DNA of 63,918 nt, counting the filler, from Aduncisulcus paluster (taxonomy: Eukaryota), in NCBI GenBank assembly GCA_024181965.1. It is 10 parts of 10 records of this genome, joined end to end, with 100 filler letters (N's around TTAATTAATTAA, not from the genome) between each part and the next. Parts side by side here need not be neighbours in the genome. Positions count along the whole stretch, not along the records: positions 28,354 to 41,398 come from BQXS01011562.1; positions 41,499 to 45,113 come from BQXS01011563.1; positions 45,214 to 51,035 come from BQXS01011564.1; 7 more parts are not named here. The stretch is one strand, 5' to 3'. Position 1 is the first letter of the stretch. Every line of letters begins with the position of its first letter. This document shows, piece by piece, positions 37,141 to 49,525 of this stretch. The position numbers and the translations under genes are program-made. Below the pieces are notes generated by a model. It saw only the letters and a list, made by a program, of their open reading frames with translations. It was not told the origin of the DNA and did not search any database.

Positions 37141-40100
37141 ATGTCAACCGATAGTGGAACATCTGGAGATCCCACATATGGTAGTGAAAATAGACTTAAT
37201 TTAAACCACTTAAAACGGCTTCAGGCACTATTTGATGAAGCTGATGCTGATAAGGGTGGTTCACTTGATATTGATGAGTTCTGTGAAGCGTTCAAGGATG
37301 TTCTTGGTAAAGAAATGTCAAAAATAGAAATAGAAAGACTTTTTATGTCAATAGATGCCGATTGTAATGGAGAAGTTGATTGGGATGAATTTGTGAATTA
37401 TTTGATGTTTTCTCGGGAAGCCAAGGAATCTAAAGATACTAACTTTACAAGATTAGCTCCTACTGTTTCGCAAGATGATTTATTTTATCCAATTGAACCC
37501 CATAATCGCCATAAAAGTAATGTGTCCCATACGCTTATTTTTCCAAGTTCTTCGGTCTCAAAAGCACTTCAATCTTCATGTTGGCGGACGGGAATAGCAA
37601 AAGGTCCTGTAATTATATCTACTTCTCCAGATTGCCAGCTTCTGGTGTGGGATTTGGAGAAATTTCGCCCAATTGCGACTATTGATCTGAAAATGGGTGG
37701 TCCTCGTTCCTTATCTAGGGTACCACTCTGGAAATCCAATGGACAACAAGGTCTTCCTGGATCATCGGCCCCCTCCCTGACTTCCCCAACCTCTACTTCA
37801 GATGCACACTTATCTGGTCTTGTAACATCGATGTGCATTGTTTGTGAAGTTCTAAAAATAGGAACAAAAGAGGAAGAGGAGGATGATGAACTTAAACCAC
37901 TCTCTCTGAACTTGTTGTCTGCCAAAGAATTGAGAAAGAAAAATAGGCGTCGTCATGAACTGAAACATGCTCAATTCACATTTTCAGCTGGCAGTAGTGT
38001 TCCATCTACCCGCCCTTCAACTTCTTTCGTCCAATCTATATCCGATCGAGCTCGTGACTCTCTTCTTTTTGATAGTGATGTTGGTGTGAAAATAGGCACA
38101 TTTATTTCTCCTAAAGTGCATTCTAATCCCCTGATTGAGGTCAGATCATCGATTGAAGCAACGGAGGGTGGGAAAGGTGGTGTTGCCGATATATATACTA
38201 CATCTGTTGCCAACAATATTGGAGACAGCATTTCCAACAGTGATATCGACTCTCTGAGTATGTCAGCATATGTGCTTCAGGAAGCCAGGAAAGAAGAGGA
38301 GGAGAGGAGGAAGAGAGAGGAAGAGAAAAGAAGAGAAAAGAAGAGGAGAGAGATGAGAATAATAGCAGAACCAGTGACTACATCCAAGGTACATTGGGCT
38401 GATTTGAAGATAATCAAGGATGAAGAACGTGCAGAATCGGCAGGAAGTGTCCGTTTTAACATTATTCGTTCATCGATGGCTAGCCTGGTTAAAATAAGAC
38501 GTGGGGCGAAAAGAACCGAAGGAGAAGACGGTGAGGAGGAACATACTGCCGGTTCTCCGCCTAAGGCCACGCCATTGGCATTTGCAAGCTTAAGACGGCA
38601 GATTATCCCTAATGCTCGTGCAAGAGCATCACTGCGAAGACACCAATTCGTGAAGAAGGATACCTTTTTGTGGAGTGGAAGTGTTCCCATCCTTCCACCG
38701 GATGCTGCAGCTCTTCCTTCGACTTTTCTTGTGGTAACAGATGTCAGTCGGAGTATACACATGTATGATTTGTCCACCTTCAAATGTGTTGCGTCCGTGT
38801 CTGGGTTCCCCACAACCATCTTATGCACGTATTTTGTACCTTTACACGTTTCCTTGCGTCCTGTGCCTTATTTGATAATGGGTGACATGAATGGGTGTGT
38901 CTACGTGATTGCTCAGCCCAGACGGCTGTTCGTTGCTTCTACGGCTGAAATCAATTCATTGACACCCCAACCAATGCATCGGCAAGCTGGATCCAAAGCC
39001 AAGTCCACTTTTAACTCACAAGCTTTCTTTATTCCAGGTGTGGATGATCGAAAGGAAAAGAAGAGAAAGGAATGTTCAGAACAACATCAAATGCAGGAAA
39101 AGGAAAAGGAAAGAATAAGAACTCCTGAAATTCGGGGTGATCCGAGAGTTTCTTCAGTGAAAACAAGAAGGCCATATCGCATTGGAAAGAATGATAAAAA
39201 GAAATATCTTCCATCTCCATCACAACGTTTACATCAGCTTGAAGCCACACTCGAAAAGGATAAATCCACCAATTCAACCGGAACCTCTTTTACAACTCCA
39301 AAGCCTTCGACTCCATCTGCTCCTCGTCTCCCGGGAATCCATACAAGTACGTCTGGATCACATACAAGTACGTCTGGATCACATACAAGTACATCTGGAT
39401 CACATACAAGTACGTCTGGATCAACTTCGTCTTCGTCTGATTCTCCATTTCTCTCTTCCGAATCACATATATTGCACTTCCCACACGCAGCAGCATCATC
39501 TTTGGCTCCCTATTTTACTGCATTGAAACTTCATGATGGATGGGTAACTGACATCATTGTGCCTACTCATTCACCATCTCTGGCCGTAACATCGTCTTTG
39601 GACGGTACTGTCAAAGTGTGGGAATGGCGAAGTGGAATTGTTCGTCGTGTTTTACGTGGTCATAAAAGTGGAGTTGTTTGTATGGCGTATAGTGCCAAAC
39701 ATCGTGTCATTGTCAGTGGCGGCAGCGATCGACGAGTGTGCATATTCAATCTGCACTTGTCCACACCCGTTGCTGAGATTCCTATTACTGGAAATGTTCA
39801 TAAAATTATTGTTTGCGATGAATTGAATGTATTCTTTGTGCTTTGTGGAGAGAAAGAATTTTATTGTTATGACATTAAGTCACATTCTTTATTGTCTTCA
39901 TGTTTCGATAAAGTATTACGAAGACCCGAAAATGATGTTAAGTCTTTCGATATCGACTTTGACAACAAAAGAATTATATTTTCGTCTTCACGACCCCATG
40001 AAATTAAGATATTTCACACTCAAACACAGGCCCTTATGCTAGAAATGGAGAGCGGTAAAGAGATTGCTGATGAAAGGAAAGAAGAGAACGGAGATCTTGA

Positions 40101-41398
40101 TTTAATTCAGAAAGAAATGGAAACACACCTTGATTCTGGACCTCCTACTCGGGTTAAGTCTGAAGAGGAGAAAGGACCAATCACAAAAGTTAGAGAAAGA
40201 TCTGGTCTTGCATCAGTGGAAGAGAAAAGTTCAAAAGATCTTATCTCTGTGTTAGAACCTGTCTCTTTAAGTAGTGTTGTTGGTATCACTGTGAAAATCA
40301 ACAAACCGACGCCCAAAAACGTTCATTTGTTCCCATCCCACCGTAAAACCGACCGTGGAAACATTATTGCCGTTCTATTTAACGACCAGTTCGACCAAAT
40401 TGTCAGTGTCGATGTATCTGGCGGTGTGTGTGTTTCTGCCATCCCTCTGCCCCCAAATACGAACTCTTCTCCTCTTCTCTTCTCCTTCAGGAATGCCCAC
40501 GGTGTGATTCCTCTGTCATATGCTTGTTTCGATAGTAGCAAACGACGCCTTCTTACTGGGGGAAGTGATGGAAAGATTATGATGTGGAACTACAATAGTG
40601 GAGCTCCGTTGGCTTCCTTCTCAGATCATACGACCGAGATTGTCAATGTTATCCATTCAAACTATTACGAAAGCAAATATGTGGTGTTCGCATGTGGACT
40701 TGATCCTAAGATCTGTATCTGGGAAGAAGCTGTGGAACCAGAGAGCAAAAGGGTTGTAGATGTTGGGAATGACGTGCTCTGTGCTTGCATGTGTCCTGAA
40801 CTCCTCGTGTGTGTTGGAACAGCTGAGGAAATGAGGTTAGTGATCGTTAACAGTGGGTTAAAGCGAGCTTATCTATCATTCGCTCCACACCATCATGAGT
40901 TCTGTGAAATGATTACAAATCGCCGTCGCAGATTGGCATCTCTATCCTTCGTGAAGAAAACCAGAGTTGGATCAAGGTTGGCAGGCTTAACTCCTTCAGA
41001 ATCCCGAGTTCTGCCCAGTGATCCAACCAAGCTCCCTCAAAGTTCTTCGAGCTTACTCGGATCTGTCAATACATTAGCTTCCAGCACTCACATTGGTGAT
41101 ACCACTGCTCCATCGCCCTTAATTAACCCTTCGCCTTCGACTTTATCCAAACAGACTGGACAAGGAAACAAAGGATTGACCCATCATATTAGCAAAAAGC
41201 TTCTTGTTCAGCGGCAACAATTGATTAATCGGGAAAAATCGGTGTCTGAGTTGCCCATTGCCGGTCTTGAAAAGAAATCCCTTGACCAGTCAACAAATCG
41301 ACTCTCATCTCGAGTATCTGGACGGACATCTCGTCTTCGTGATGACATGCCCGTTTCTGTTATTCACGTAACACCCTTATCCTCTCCATCTGTGTTCG
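37141..41398 (+). CDS. EF-hand + WD40 repeat protein (WDR49/EFCAB8/WDR64-like); 3'-partial
   Basis: Two EF-hands (DADKGGSLDIDEF, DADCNGEVDWDEF) then WD repeats (SLDGTVKVWE, GHKSGV...SGGSDRRVCIFN, TGGSDGKIMMWN) interrupted by low-complexity inserts. Confidence 0.85.
39340..39423 (+). repeat. Coding 21-bp tandem repeat x4 (HTSTSGS)
   Basis: CATACAAGTACRTCTGGATCA repeated four times. Confidence 0.95.
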
Positions 41399-41498
41399 NN
41401 NNNNNNNNNNNNNNNNNNNNNNNNNNNNNNNNNNNNNNNNNNTTAATTAATTAANNNNNNNNNNNNNNNNNNNNNNNNNNNNNNNNNNNNNNNNNNNN

Positions 41499-42104
41499 CG
41501 CGGCTTGAATGAGAGTATCAGCAAGCATATTGAGAGTACCCACAACAACAAAGGTTGTATCATCGTATAAATACACACGGTAAGGAACAAATGATGGATA
41601 AGAAACACGAATTCGAGAGGAAGAAATAGAAACATCAGTAAAAATTGTAGGAGAATTTGATTTGGCAATTTTGATTTTTGAATCCCGAATAACAAGATTC
41701 TTAAATGTTGTAGCACCATAAAATACAATATCACTGCTATTATCTCCCACAAACTCAAAATTATTAAGAACAGCATCATTTTCAAATTCTATTGGTGTTT
41801 GAAATTCGACGACAAAACGATATTGTGCGCCAACACAATTTAAATTAGTAGCATCAGTCCCAGAAAAACGAATAGGATGATCAGTTTCACTTGAAATAGT
41901 CAAATTGATTGGTCCAGACACAGCCGCCGCACAAGCTGAGGCAAAAGCAGATAATATATCACAACGGGAATAATCACAATCATAATTGTCATCAGTAACG
42001 GAAATTCCCAATTCAGTTCCAGCCAGAACATATTGAATAAAAATCGAAAAGAAAAAAATACACAAAAGAAGCATGAAATTAAAGAATTTATAACGAAAAG
42101 TCAT
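41499..42104 (-). CDS. N-terminus of a paralogue of the 6440-13277 surface protein; 3'-partial
   Basis: AG.ELGI..T.DNY.C....CDILSAFA.AC...AQYR.V.E...TTFKNL.IRDSKIKIAKS...SSRIRVSYPSF.PY.VYL.D.T...LIQAA is shared with the 6440 ORF; signal peptide present. Confidence 0.9.
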
Positions 42105-42598
42105 TATTGCTAATAAAAAATAGATATATAAAAATCAATCTGGATCAATAGCAAAGAAATCAGTATCCTTCTTTTTCATACTGATAACAGAGATATCCAA
42201 ATAAAATATATTAAATCATGTATAAAATCTTAATTTATTTGAGTGAGTTTCATTATTATATTCCTATTAATTTGAAAGTAACACCGACGACAACATATCG
42301 ATCGGTCTGAGTTAATTCGGGAATGAATATTATAAAAAAAGGTAATTAAAGAGAATAAATTATCAGGATTTAAAATGTATATTCTTACAGGCTCACAAAC
42401 AAAACCTTCAAAAAGCCATGATTAAAGTCTGATTAATGCAAAATCAGCCTATTTTCACTTCTAATTTTGAGGTTAATAAAAACAATAAATGATGTATCAA
42501 ATACTATTTAACCGATATTCTTGCCTAGTTGGGCTTAGAAATGTTTTTGTTATTAAACAACTATTTGATTGAACTCAAAACTATAGACTGTCTTGTAA

Positions 42599-45113
42599 AT
42601 GACCCATAAAGATGGTAAAGATAATCCCTTAACGAATCATCGTATTTTTTATTCGTTAATACTTTCTTCTGGTCTCTCCAAGTCTATAGCTTCAATATTC
42701 GAAAAATATCAAATATCTCTTTTTGATTTCCTTTATGTAGTTAGAAATGATCCCGATAGTTGGGATATTCTTGGTGTTTCAGCTCATGATATCCTTCAAT
42801 TAAATACTATCGTTACTCTAGCCTTAATTTCGAATCCAGTTTTTGTTTCACCTTCAATTATAATAGACAGCATTGAGTTTTGTCATAATTTTTCCATTAA
42901 ACTCTCTCAAAAACAGAATAGAAAATATTTTAACAAATGCAAACATCTTCCTCCATTAATCTTTCCAACAACTTCAAAACAACTATCAAAGTTTTGTGAA
43001 GATATCGCAACCTTTGTTGATCATTTCGAACCTGCTCCCGTTGTGAAGAAATTGGGGAAGAATGGTCTGGAATTCTGTGGTTCTGAAAAAGATGATTCCC
43101 TGGATCTTGGCTCTTCTGTTGCCTCTAATTCATCTTATTCCCACCTGAATGACCCATCTAACCCATCAGCAAGCATTTCAACCCATGCCACAATCCTGTC
43201 TCCCAAAAAGACATCTCTTCGCATCTCGAAGCGTGTTGACAGAAAAAAGAAAGGTTTAAAAATGATAATTAAAAAGAAAACAGAAAAAGATGATGAAAAG
43301 CAAGAAGATGATCGATTTGATGAACCGCCACTTACAGAGCATTCAAAGCCATTAATTGCAAAAAACCCTTTAAAAATTACTTCAAAATCATACACCGATA
43401 GCGATGAATCCCCTTTCATTCTTTCAGACAGTTCATCTAAAGTCATATCGACCGATCAAAAATTATCTTCACAATCCTCTACAACGTTCCAGGATGCCCC
43501 TGGAGATTCTTCTATGCTTGTTTCTGACACTTCTACTAACTTTAAAGACTCCACTTCACTTGATTCAGATACTATTCATGGTATTCCCTCTTCTCTTTCA
43601 AATGGCATAGAAGAAGGAAATATTTCTCACCAGTTTATAAATAGTCATTCACTTTCCTCATCTATATCAACCAAATCTCACTTGGCGAAGACGAAATACG
43701 TTGTCTCCCCCGATACAATGTACTCTCGCTTCTCTTTCCTTCATCTCCAGAGTTCTTCCACCACTTCCTATACTTTGCATCCTAATGGCTATCACACCTT
43801 ATCTCACGTCATTCGAGTGCACGAATTGTCCCCCTTTTCTGTCCTGACGTTGACCCCCTTCATGTCACGTGCTCTTGGTCTATCGCCTGCCCATGTTCAC
43901 GCTGTCACCATCCTTCTGTTGTACTGTGTTGGATGCGGACCCATGAAGGAGGCAGAGATGCTCGAAGAGAGAGATGAACGTGAGAGGAGACGGTTGTTTG
44001 AGAAGGCCAAGAGGAGACAGCAGAGGGAAAGGGAGAGAAGTATTGATGGAGTGGATAATTCTTTGAAGCGCAATGCAGACGGATCATTCAGGTCCCCACA
44101 GTTCTCTGCACACATGCTTGGTAGTACTGCCTGGAGTGCTGAAGAGGAGAAAGAGGATGAAGAGGCTCGAAGGGAGAAAGAAGAAATCATTCTTTCCCCA
44201 TTGTCAATATTTCTCAGTCATGGCCATCGACACCCTGTCAATGATAATTTCGTGTATCAAGCACCTCCTCAGCAGCACCAGAGTCATTTCTCCATCGGTA
44301 GTGGCAGCGTATCACCTTCCACTGTCGGACCCTCCCTTATATTACCCTCACACTCGGTTGCCCATCGTTCCCGTGCCTACGGACAATATTCTGGCGGAGT
44401 AAGCTCACCCTCGACATCATCTCCTGCCGGCTCAAGTTCTCACACGTCCATTCCTTATAATTGTGTCATTCCCACGACCCATGTACACTGTGCTTTCTGT
44501 AAATACTCCTTCGACGGCATTCTATTCTTTAGCAGTGAACGGGGACAAGTGTTTCGAGCTCAGGAAAAAGATATCAAGTCTTGGGGAGTCAGTGGAAAGT
44601 CTGGTTGGAGTATACCTTGGCACCTTAGAGATCTTGGTTCGATTCCCAGCATGTCCTCGGAATCGTCTTCCGATCATCCAAGACATATCCAATCCTCCGA
44701 CTCGGGTGCCTCAGGAAAAGGGAAGACCCGTGGAAGGACTCGTTCCCGTCGTTCCTCTTCTTCTCTGAGTCGATATGTGCCCCCTGTTCCCAGTGAGGTT
44801 GTATTCTTGTCATCGATCAAGGATATCCCGGAACTCTACCTTGACCCTGCTCCGAAGAGTGTAGAAGAGGAGTGTGAGTACGAAGATGGGGAAGAAGAGG
44901 CTTTACGACTAATGGAGAGAAAAGAGCAAGAAGAACAAGAAGAAGAGGGTGCTTGTAAGACTTGTGCCAAAAATGATAGTGTTGACCATGGAAAACTTGG
45001 TGATGAGCAACCATTGGCTATCCCGTCAAGCTCCACACAATCTTTCCAGGACGATCCGATCGCTTCAGCAGCCACAATGGACTCTTGTATTGACGAAATA
45101 CCAAAGCTTGAGG
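42599..45113 (+). CDS. Hypothetical Ser-rich protein; 3'-partial
   Basis: ORF of about 838 codons running into the linker; no recognisable domain. Confidence 0.75.
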
Positions 45114-45213
45114 NNNNNNNNNNNNNNNNNNNNNNNNNNNNNNNNNNNNNNNNNNNNTTAATTAATTAANNNNNNNNNNNNNNNNNNNNNNNNNNNNNNN
45201 NNNNNNNNNNNNN

Positions 45214-46842
45214 GCCGAACTATTACATTCATTTGCCGAAAAGAAATGGGATAATTTTGACCTCGAAACCCAACTATTTTCTTCCATTTCCTCTTCTCTT
45301 TCTTCCATTTTACAGTTCTGCTCTGAGATCAACGATGTCCAGATATTGGGAAGAATTTTAGAAAGAATTAGACGTACTGTTAAATCAGAGTTCTCAAGAC
45401 GCAATCAAATCTCTCATGCATCTGCTTCCTCTTCTCTTTCCACTGTTCCCTCAACGAAAGCTCCATCGACTGAACATGATAGCACGATAGTACAGTATCC
45501 AGACACAGATAATCTCGAACATGACTCTGATATTTCCACTCCTGTTGTGTGTATCGATGGTGAAGTTGAAAGAGCTCCCTTTCAAAATGAACCTGCGTGT
45601 CCTGATCTGCCTCCTCCCGAGTCCTGTGAATTCCTCCAGTCTCTCTCCTCTCTCCTCCTCTCCCTTATTCCTCCTCTATCTGGCCGATGTTCTATTCTAT
45701 CAACTCTTTCTGAACGCTCAGCCTTACTCGAGACTCTTGACCAGCTCTGCGTGAAAGAAAAGATCCTCACAGATCGCATGGAACATGTTAGAATGACGAG
45801 GGGACGAATGTACCACACAGCCCTTGCTCAAATCGATGATGACCGTTCCCTTGTGAAAGACGAGAAGATCAAAGTCTGTGTGAGTATCCGTGAAAAGGAC
45901 GAGGAGCTATGCGATAAGGTTAAGGTCTTCAAATGTACGTGGGGTGATGGATTCAGCGTTTTAGACCAAGAGAGAGAAATTCAACTCGGTCTTTCTGCAC
46001 CAAAGACTGATATCGGTGTCGTTTCCCAGGAAGAAAATACTGAAAATATTCAAGACCATGAAGCTATTAAAGACGAAAAGAACGAAGGAGAAATTATTGA
46101 TACCTCAAAATCTCTTGATTACAAACCCTCTCTTCCTCTTTCTACTCCTCTTTCTACGAAGGATAGACCTTTTTTGCACAATGGTATAAATTTGAGTGAT
46201 GTTGTTAAGAAAGATCGTGATGAGTTTGTGAGCTGGTTAAAGAAAGAGATTAGTGATTCTCTGTTCTCGAGTATAGAATCCTCTATCGAAACCAAACGTA
46301 TCAGGCAAGCCAAAGAATTGAAGGTGCTAAGTCCATCTGAAGGAAGTCCTGAACGCGAGAAGGATATTATGACCAAAGCTGACGATGACGATGAACTGAA
46401 AGAGGAAGAGGAACTGAAAGAGGAAGAAGAATTGAAGGAAGAGTGGACAGAGGAAGAGGTTTCAGTGTCGATATTGCAAGCAATCGGTCTTGATATTAAA
46501 GACCAGGACCTCATAGAGCCAGGGAGAGAGACTGTAGTATTTGAGCAGGAACAACAAGCTATGCAAAAAGACCAAGAAGAGGAAGAGGGCAAAGATATGA
46601 TTGAAAAAAATGAACAAGAACCAGTCGAGATGGAAAGTATGCCACCCCCCGAATTCCAAGAGAGTAAGGAATCAGTTCAAAGTGAGCAGACAGATCTTGA
46701 TCAACATGAAAAAGAAAAGATCACTGATGAGCCTGAAGACAAATTGAAGCGAAGAAGGAAGAAGATCCATAAAAGACGTAGGAAGCTTGATGGTCTTAGT
46801 ATCACTCAGCTCTCTCAAGTTCCATTTGATCAACTTCTCTGA
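45214..46842 (+). CDS. Hypothetical protein with acidic C-terminus and basic tail; 5'-partial
   Basis: Frame open from the contig start (AELLHSF...) to TGA at 46842; ELKEEE repeats; KLKRRRKKIHKRRRK. Confidence 0.75.
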   Translation, partial: AELLHSFAEKKWDNFDLETQLFSSISSSLSSILQFCSEINDVQILGRILERIRRTVKSEFSRRNQISHASASSSLSTVPSTKAPSTEHDSTIVQYPDTDNLEHDSDISTPVVCIDGEVERAPFQNEPACPDLPPPESCEFLQSLSSLLLSLIPPLSGRCSILSTLSERSALLETLDQLCVKEKILTDRMEHVRMTRGRMYHTALAQIDDDRSLVKDEKIKVCVSIREKDEELCDKVKVFKCTWGDGFSVLDQEREIQLGLSAPKTDIGVVSQEENTENIQDHEAIKDEKNEGEIIDTSKSLDYKPSLPLSTPLSTKDRPFLHNGINLSDVVKKDRDEFVSWLKKEISDSLFSSIESSIETKRIRQAKELKVLSPSEGSPEREKDIMTKADDDDELKEEEELKEEEELKEEWTEEEVSVSILQAIGLDIKDQDLIEPGRETVVFEQEQQAMQKDQEEEEGKDMIEKNEQEPVEMESMPPPEFQESKESVQSEQTDLDQHEKEKITDEPEDKLKRRRKKIHKRRRKLDGLSITQLSQVPFDQLL

Positions 46843-47229
46843 TCCCTTACGTAACAAATTCTTACAATACAGTACACAAATTATTTGGAAGACAATTTCT
46901 TAATTAAAATCTTATTTATTCATCAAAGTTCTATTCCAATTCAAATGATTGATTCATGACTAATCCGACTGGATTCTGCCAACATTATACTGAATGATTA
47001 CGTGGTACTCAAAAGAATCCATTAATTGACTTATTATTGAACGCTGATAAATAATTCTATTATAATATCTATCTATATCTAATATCTTGTATCTCAATAA
47101 AGATATTTATAGTTACAGTATACAAATTGTTATATAACTATTACAAACAATATTAATGCCTGTCAACGAATAAGATAATAGAAGTAAACGGAACTATAAA
47201 AAAACAATACCGAGACGCAATGCAACAGT

Positions 47230-48204
47230 CTAGAGTTTTTTTGAGCATTCTTCATGAAACATTCCAATACAATCCAAGCCGATGGGATAAAAATCTGATG
47301 GTTTCTTCCATTCATGAGGGAATTCAGTCACTCGAGGAGATTGTGAAAGAGAGATAGAGTCATCAATCCAAAGACATGACAATCCACCAGAAAACCCCCT
47401 CGAACTTAGAGTAGAACCACAATAATCACAATATGGTGCACGAAATGATGAAAAATGCTGAGCAATAGACAGAATAACACGCTGTAAGCACTCAATTTCA
47501 ATCAGAGGAGTCCGAATTCGATGTTGAGAGACGATGAGTGTTTTCAAACGACGTGATAGGATTGATGTAACATTATTCAGCCATTCGTGTGCACAAAATC
47601 TTGGCGGAATATTCGGAAAACCAATTTCTTGCGGTAACAAAAAAAAGAATTGGTTATCAAGCGGAGCACAAGAAAACCAAACAATAACCCCACAGTTAAT
47701 CCGAACAACCACATTAAAGTATTGTTTAAAAGAAATTACCAAACCAACAATGTGTTTTTCTCGAGAAGAATAACTGATGGTCTTTTTTGGAATATCCTTC
47801 AGAGAAGGAATCGAAATTCCCTCGATTGGTTCTTTGGATGAAATAAGTTTTTCATAATCTCCAAATTTGCTCCAAAGACTATCATATGTCGCTATCTTTC
47901 CCGATGATTTTTCAATTGAATCAAAAATGGAAGAAATATGTTCAGAAAAACTGAGATAATCCATTTTAGACATAGAAGGTGGAATATAAACCGAAGGATA
48001 TGTGCAATAATCCTCATCACTCACATATAAAGGAGTAAAACTCAATATTGAATGTTTTCCATTCATTATATGACAAAACAATTCTAGTCTCTTTCTATCA
48101 TTAAGAAATAAAATATTTATGAGAAAAAAGCTTCAATAATAACAACAAATATTTCAAAAGAAACTAGAGCAATCAACATACATAAGTACATCATTTCGAT
48201 CCAT
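47230..48204 (-). CDS. Mediator subunit MED27-like protein, 2 exons (48204-48182, 48094-47230), 295 aa
   Basis: The 87-nt GTATGT...TAG intron 48181-48095 joins MDRNDVLI to KRLELFCH. C-terminal F.APYCDYCG..L...LW...MFHEEC matches the Med27 C2HC zinc-finger pattern (F..PC..CG..L...W...FH..C). Confidence 0.55.
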
Positions 48205-48350
48205 AAAACGTATCCAACTTGAGATTTAATTATATTATTGATATTAGCTTGTTTCAAAAAATCGTTTTTTTAAATATTATCTTCTATTGCAGAAAATAAC
48301 CAGAAACGATTCTATGACTTCTTCTTGAAAACAAAATACAAAACCATAAT

Positions 48351-48821
48351 ATGGGCTGTTGTTGTTCAAGTGCAGCTTATGCTGGAACTGAATTAGAAGG
48401 ATCACCCTCTCCTTATGTCCGCGGATCTTGTTGTTATAGTTCTCGACAACAAATGATTTATGATGGACTCTTACCTGAAGGTATTTTATTCTTTGAAAAA
48501 GGTGTTCGTGTTAAAATGAGGATTAGAAATCTTGTTACTCCAAAGAGGTTGATTGGAGCGAAGTTAAGCATTTCATACGGAATAGCTGCTCTTACAAAAA
48601 CAAAAATTCTCATCATGCCTGGTTCATCTCGAGATGCCTTAAGAATTGATTGGAGGACTTTGTTTGACACTGCCATAATCTCAGAAGATCCTAAAGATGG
48701 AATTACCATTCATGTCGACTTCGATAATGGAGGAATGGCAGAATACACTGTATTATTAACTCAACCACGATTATTTATGGAAAAAATTGATGAAATGAGA
48801 GCTTCTTTTGCCTCAAGGTGA
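48351..48821 (+). CDS. Small dually acylated (MGCCCS) protein with probable PH-like domain
   Basis: N-terminal Gly2/Cys3-5/Ser6 myristoylation plus palmitoylation signature; beta-rich core GIAALTKTKILI...LRIDW and a terminal helix. Confidence 0.75.
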   Translation: MGCCCSSAAYAGTELEGSPSPYVRGSCCYSSRQQMIYDGLLPEGILFFEKGVRVKMRIRNLVTPKRLIGAKLSISYGIAALTKTKILIMPGSSRDALRIDWRTLFDTAIISEDPKDGITIHVDFDNGGMAEYTVLLTQPRLFMEKIDEMRASFASR

Positions 48822-48976
48822 TCGTGACATATTATCTTTGCTGATTGGATAATAATTATCCAACAAATATCTTTCTTCTTCTTCTGTTTATAAAAATTTC
48901 AGAACATTTTTATTTTTCGTTTACAAGTTGATTTGCCGTATACTGTACTATACTATAAATCTATGAGCTATTCATT

Positions 48977-49040
48977 TAGCAAAAGATTGCCAAAACCACC
49001 ATGGTCCGACTACCTACAAGTAGGTTATCAGTACCGGTGC
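48977..49040 (-). ncRNA. Candidate Fanzor omegaRNA scaffold
   Basis: Begins 26 nt after the Fanzor stop. CACC-GGU-A-CUGAU-A-ACCUA(CUUG)UAGGU-A-GUCGG-ACC-AU-GGUG long stem, then UGGCAA(UCUU)UUGCUA hairpin. Three G-U pairs form only on the minus strand. Confidence 0.6.
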
Positions 49041-49066
49041 GAAAAAAATAGTAAAAAATAGTATAA

Positions 49067-49525
49067 CTAAGGAGAAAAAGCTTGTAGATCATCTACAGGA
49101 TGATGATCATCCAAAGAACTCGGACGTATGAAAGCTGATGGAAAAGGCTGGCAAAAATGTTTTTTTAGTCCAAGAATAGCAATATTATATGCAGCTGAAT
49201 AGTCCCTATTGCCTTCAAAACCACACTTTCCACACTTTCTCATTCGCCTTTTTTCATCGACCGTTGACAATTCATTGTGGCAACATGGACACAACTTGGA
49301 CGTATGGTATTCATCAACTTCAATGAATATACCCCCTCTTGATTGAACTGTTTGTTTTAATTTGTTCGGAAAGGAAGAGGTACTGGACGTAGATCTATAG
49401 CCTTTATATGTGGCTTTAAATGGTTTATCTCTACCCAGGTGTGCCCGTCCACAGTCCCCATAGCAGACCAACAGCTGTTTTTGTTCTTTTTTGGCCCTCT
49501 TCAGAAGTGTGGAAGCATACTTCAT
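49067..49525 (-). CDS. Fanzor/TnpB-family RNA-guided nuclease, C-terminal fragment (RuvC-II, Zn finger, RuvC-III); RuvC-I absent
   Basis: LLVCYGD...KG..S...IEVDEYHTSKLCPCCH...CGKC....NRDYSAAYNI...P.AF.RP, the Fanzor-type motif series. Confidence 0.85.
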   Translation of the reverse strand: MKYASTLLKRAKKEQKQLLVCYGDCGRAHLGRDKPFKATYKGYRSTSSTSSFPNKLKQTVQSRGGIFIEVDEYHTSKLCPCCHNELSTVDEKRRMRKCGKCGFEGNRDYSAAYNIAILGLKKHFCQPFPSAFIRPSSLDDHHPVDDLQAFSP

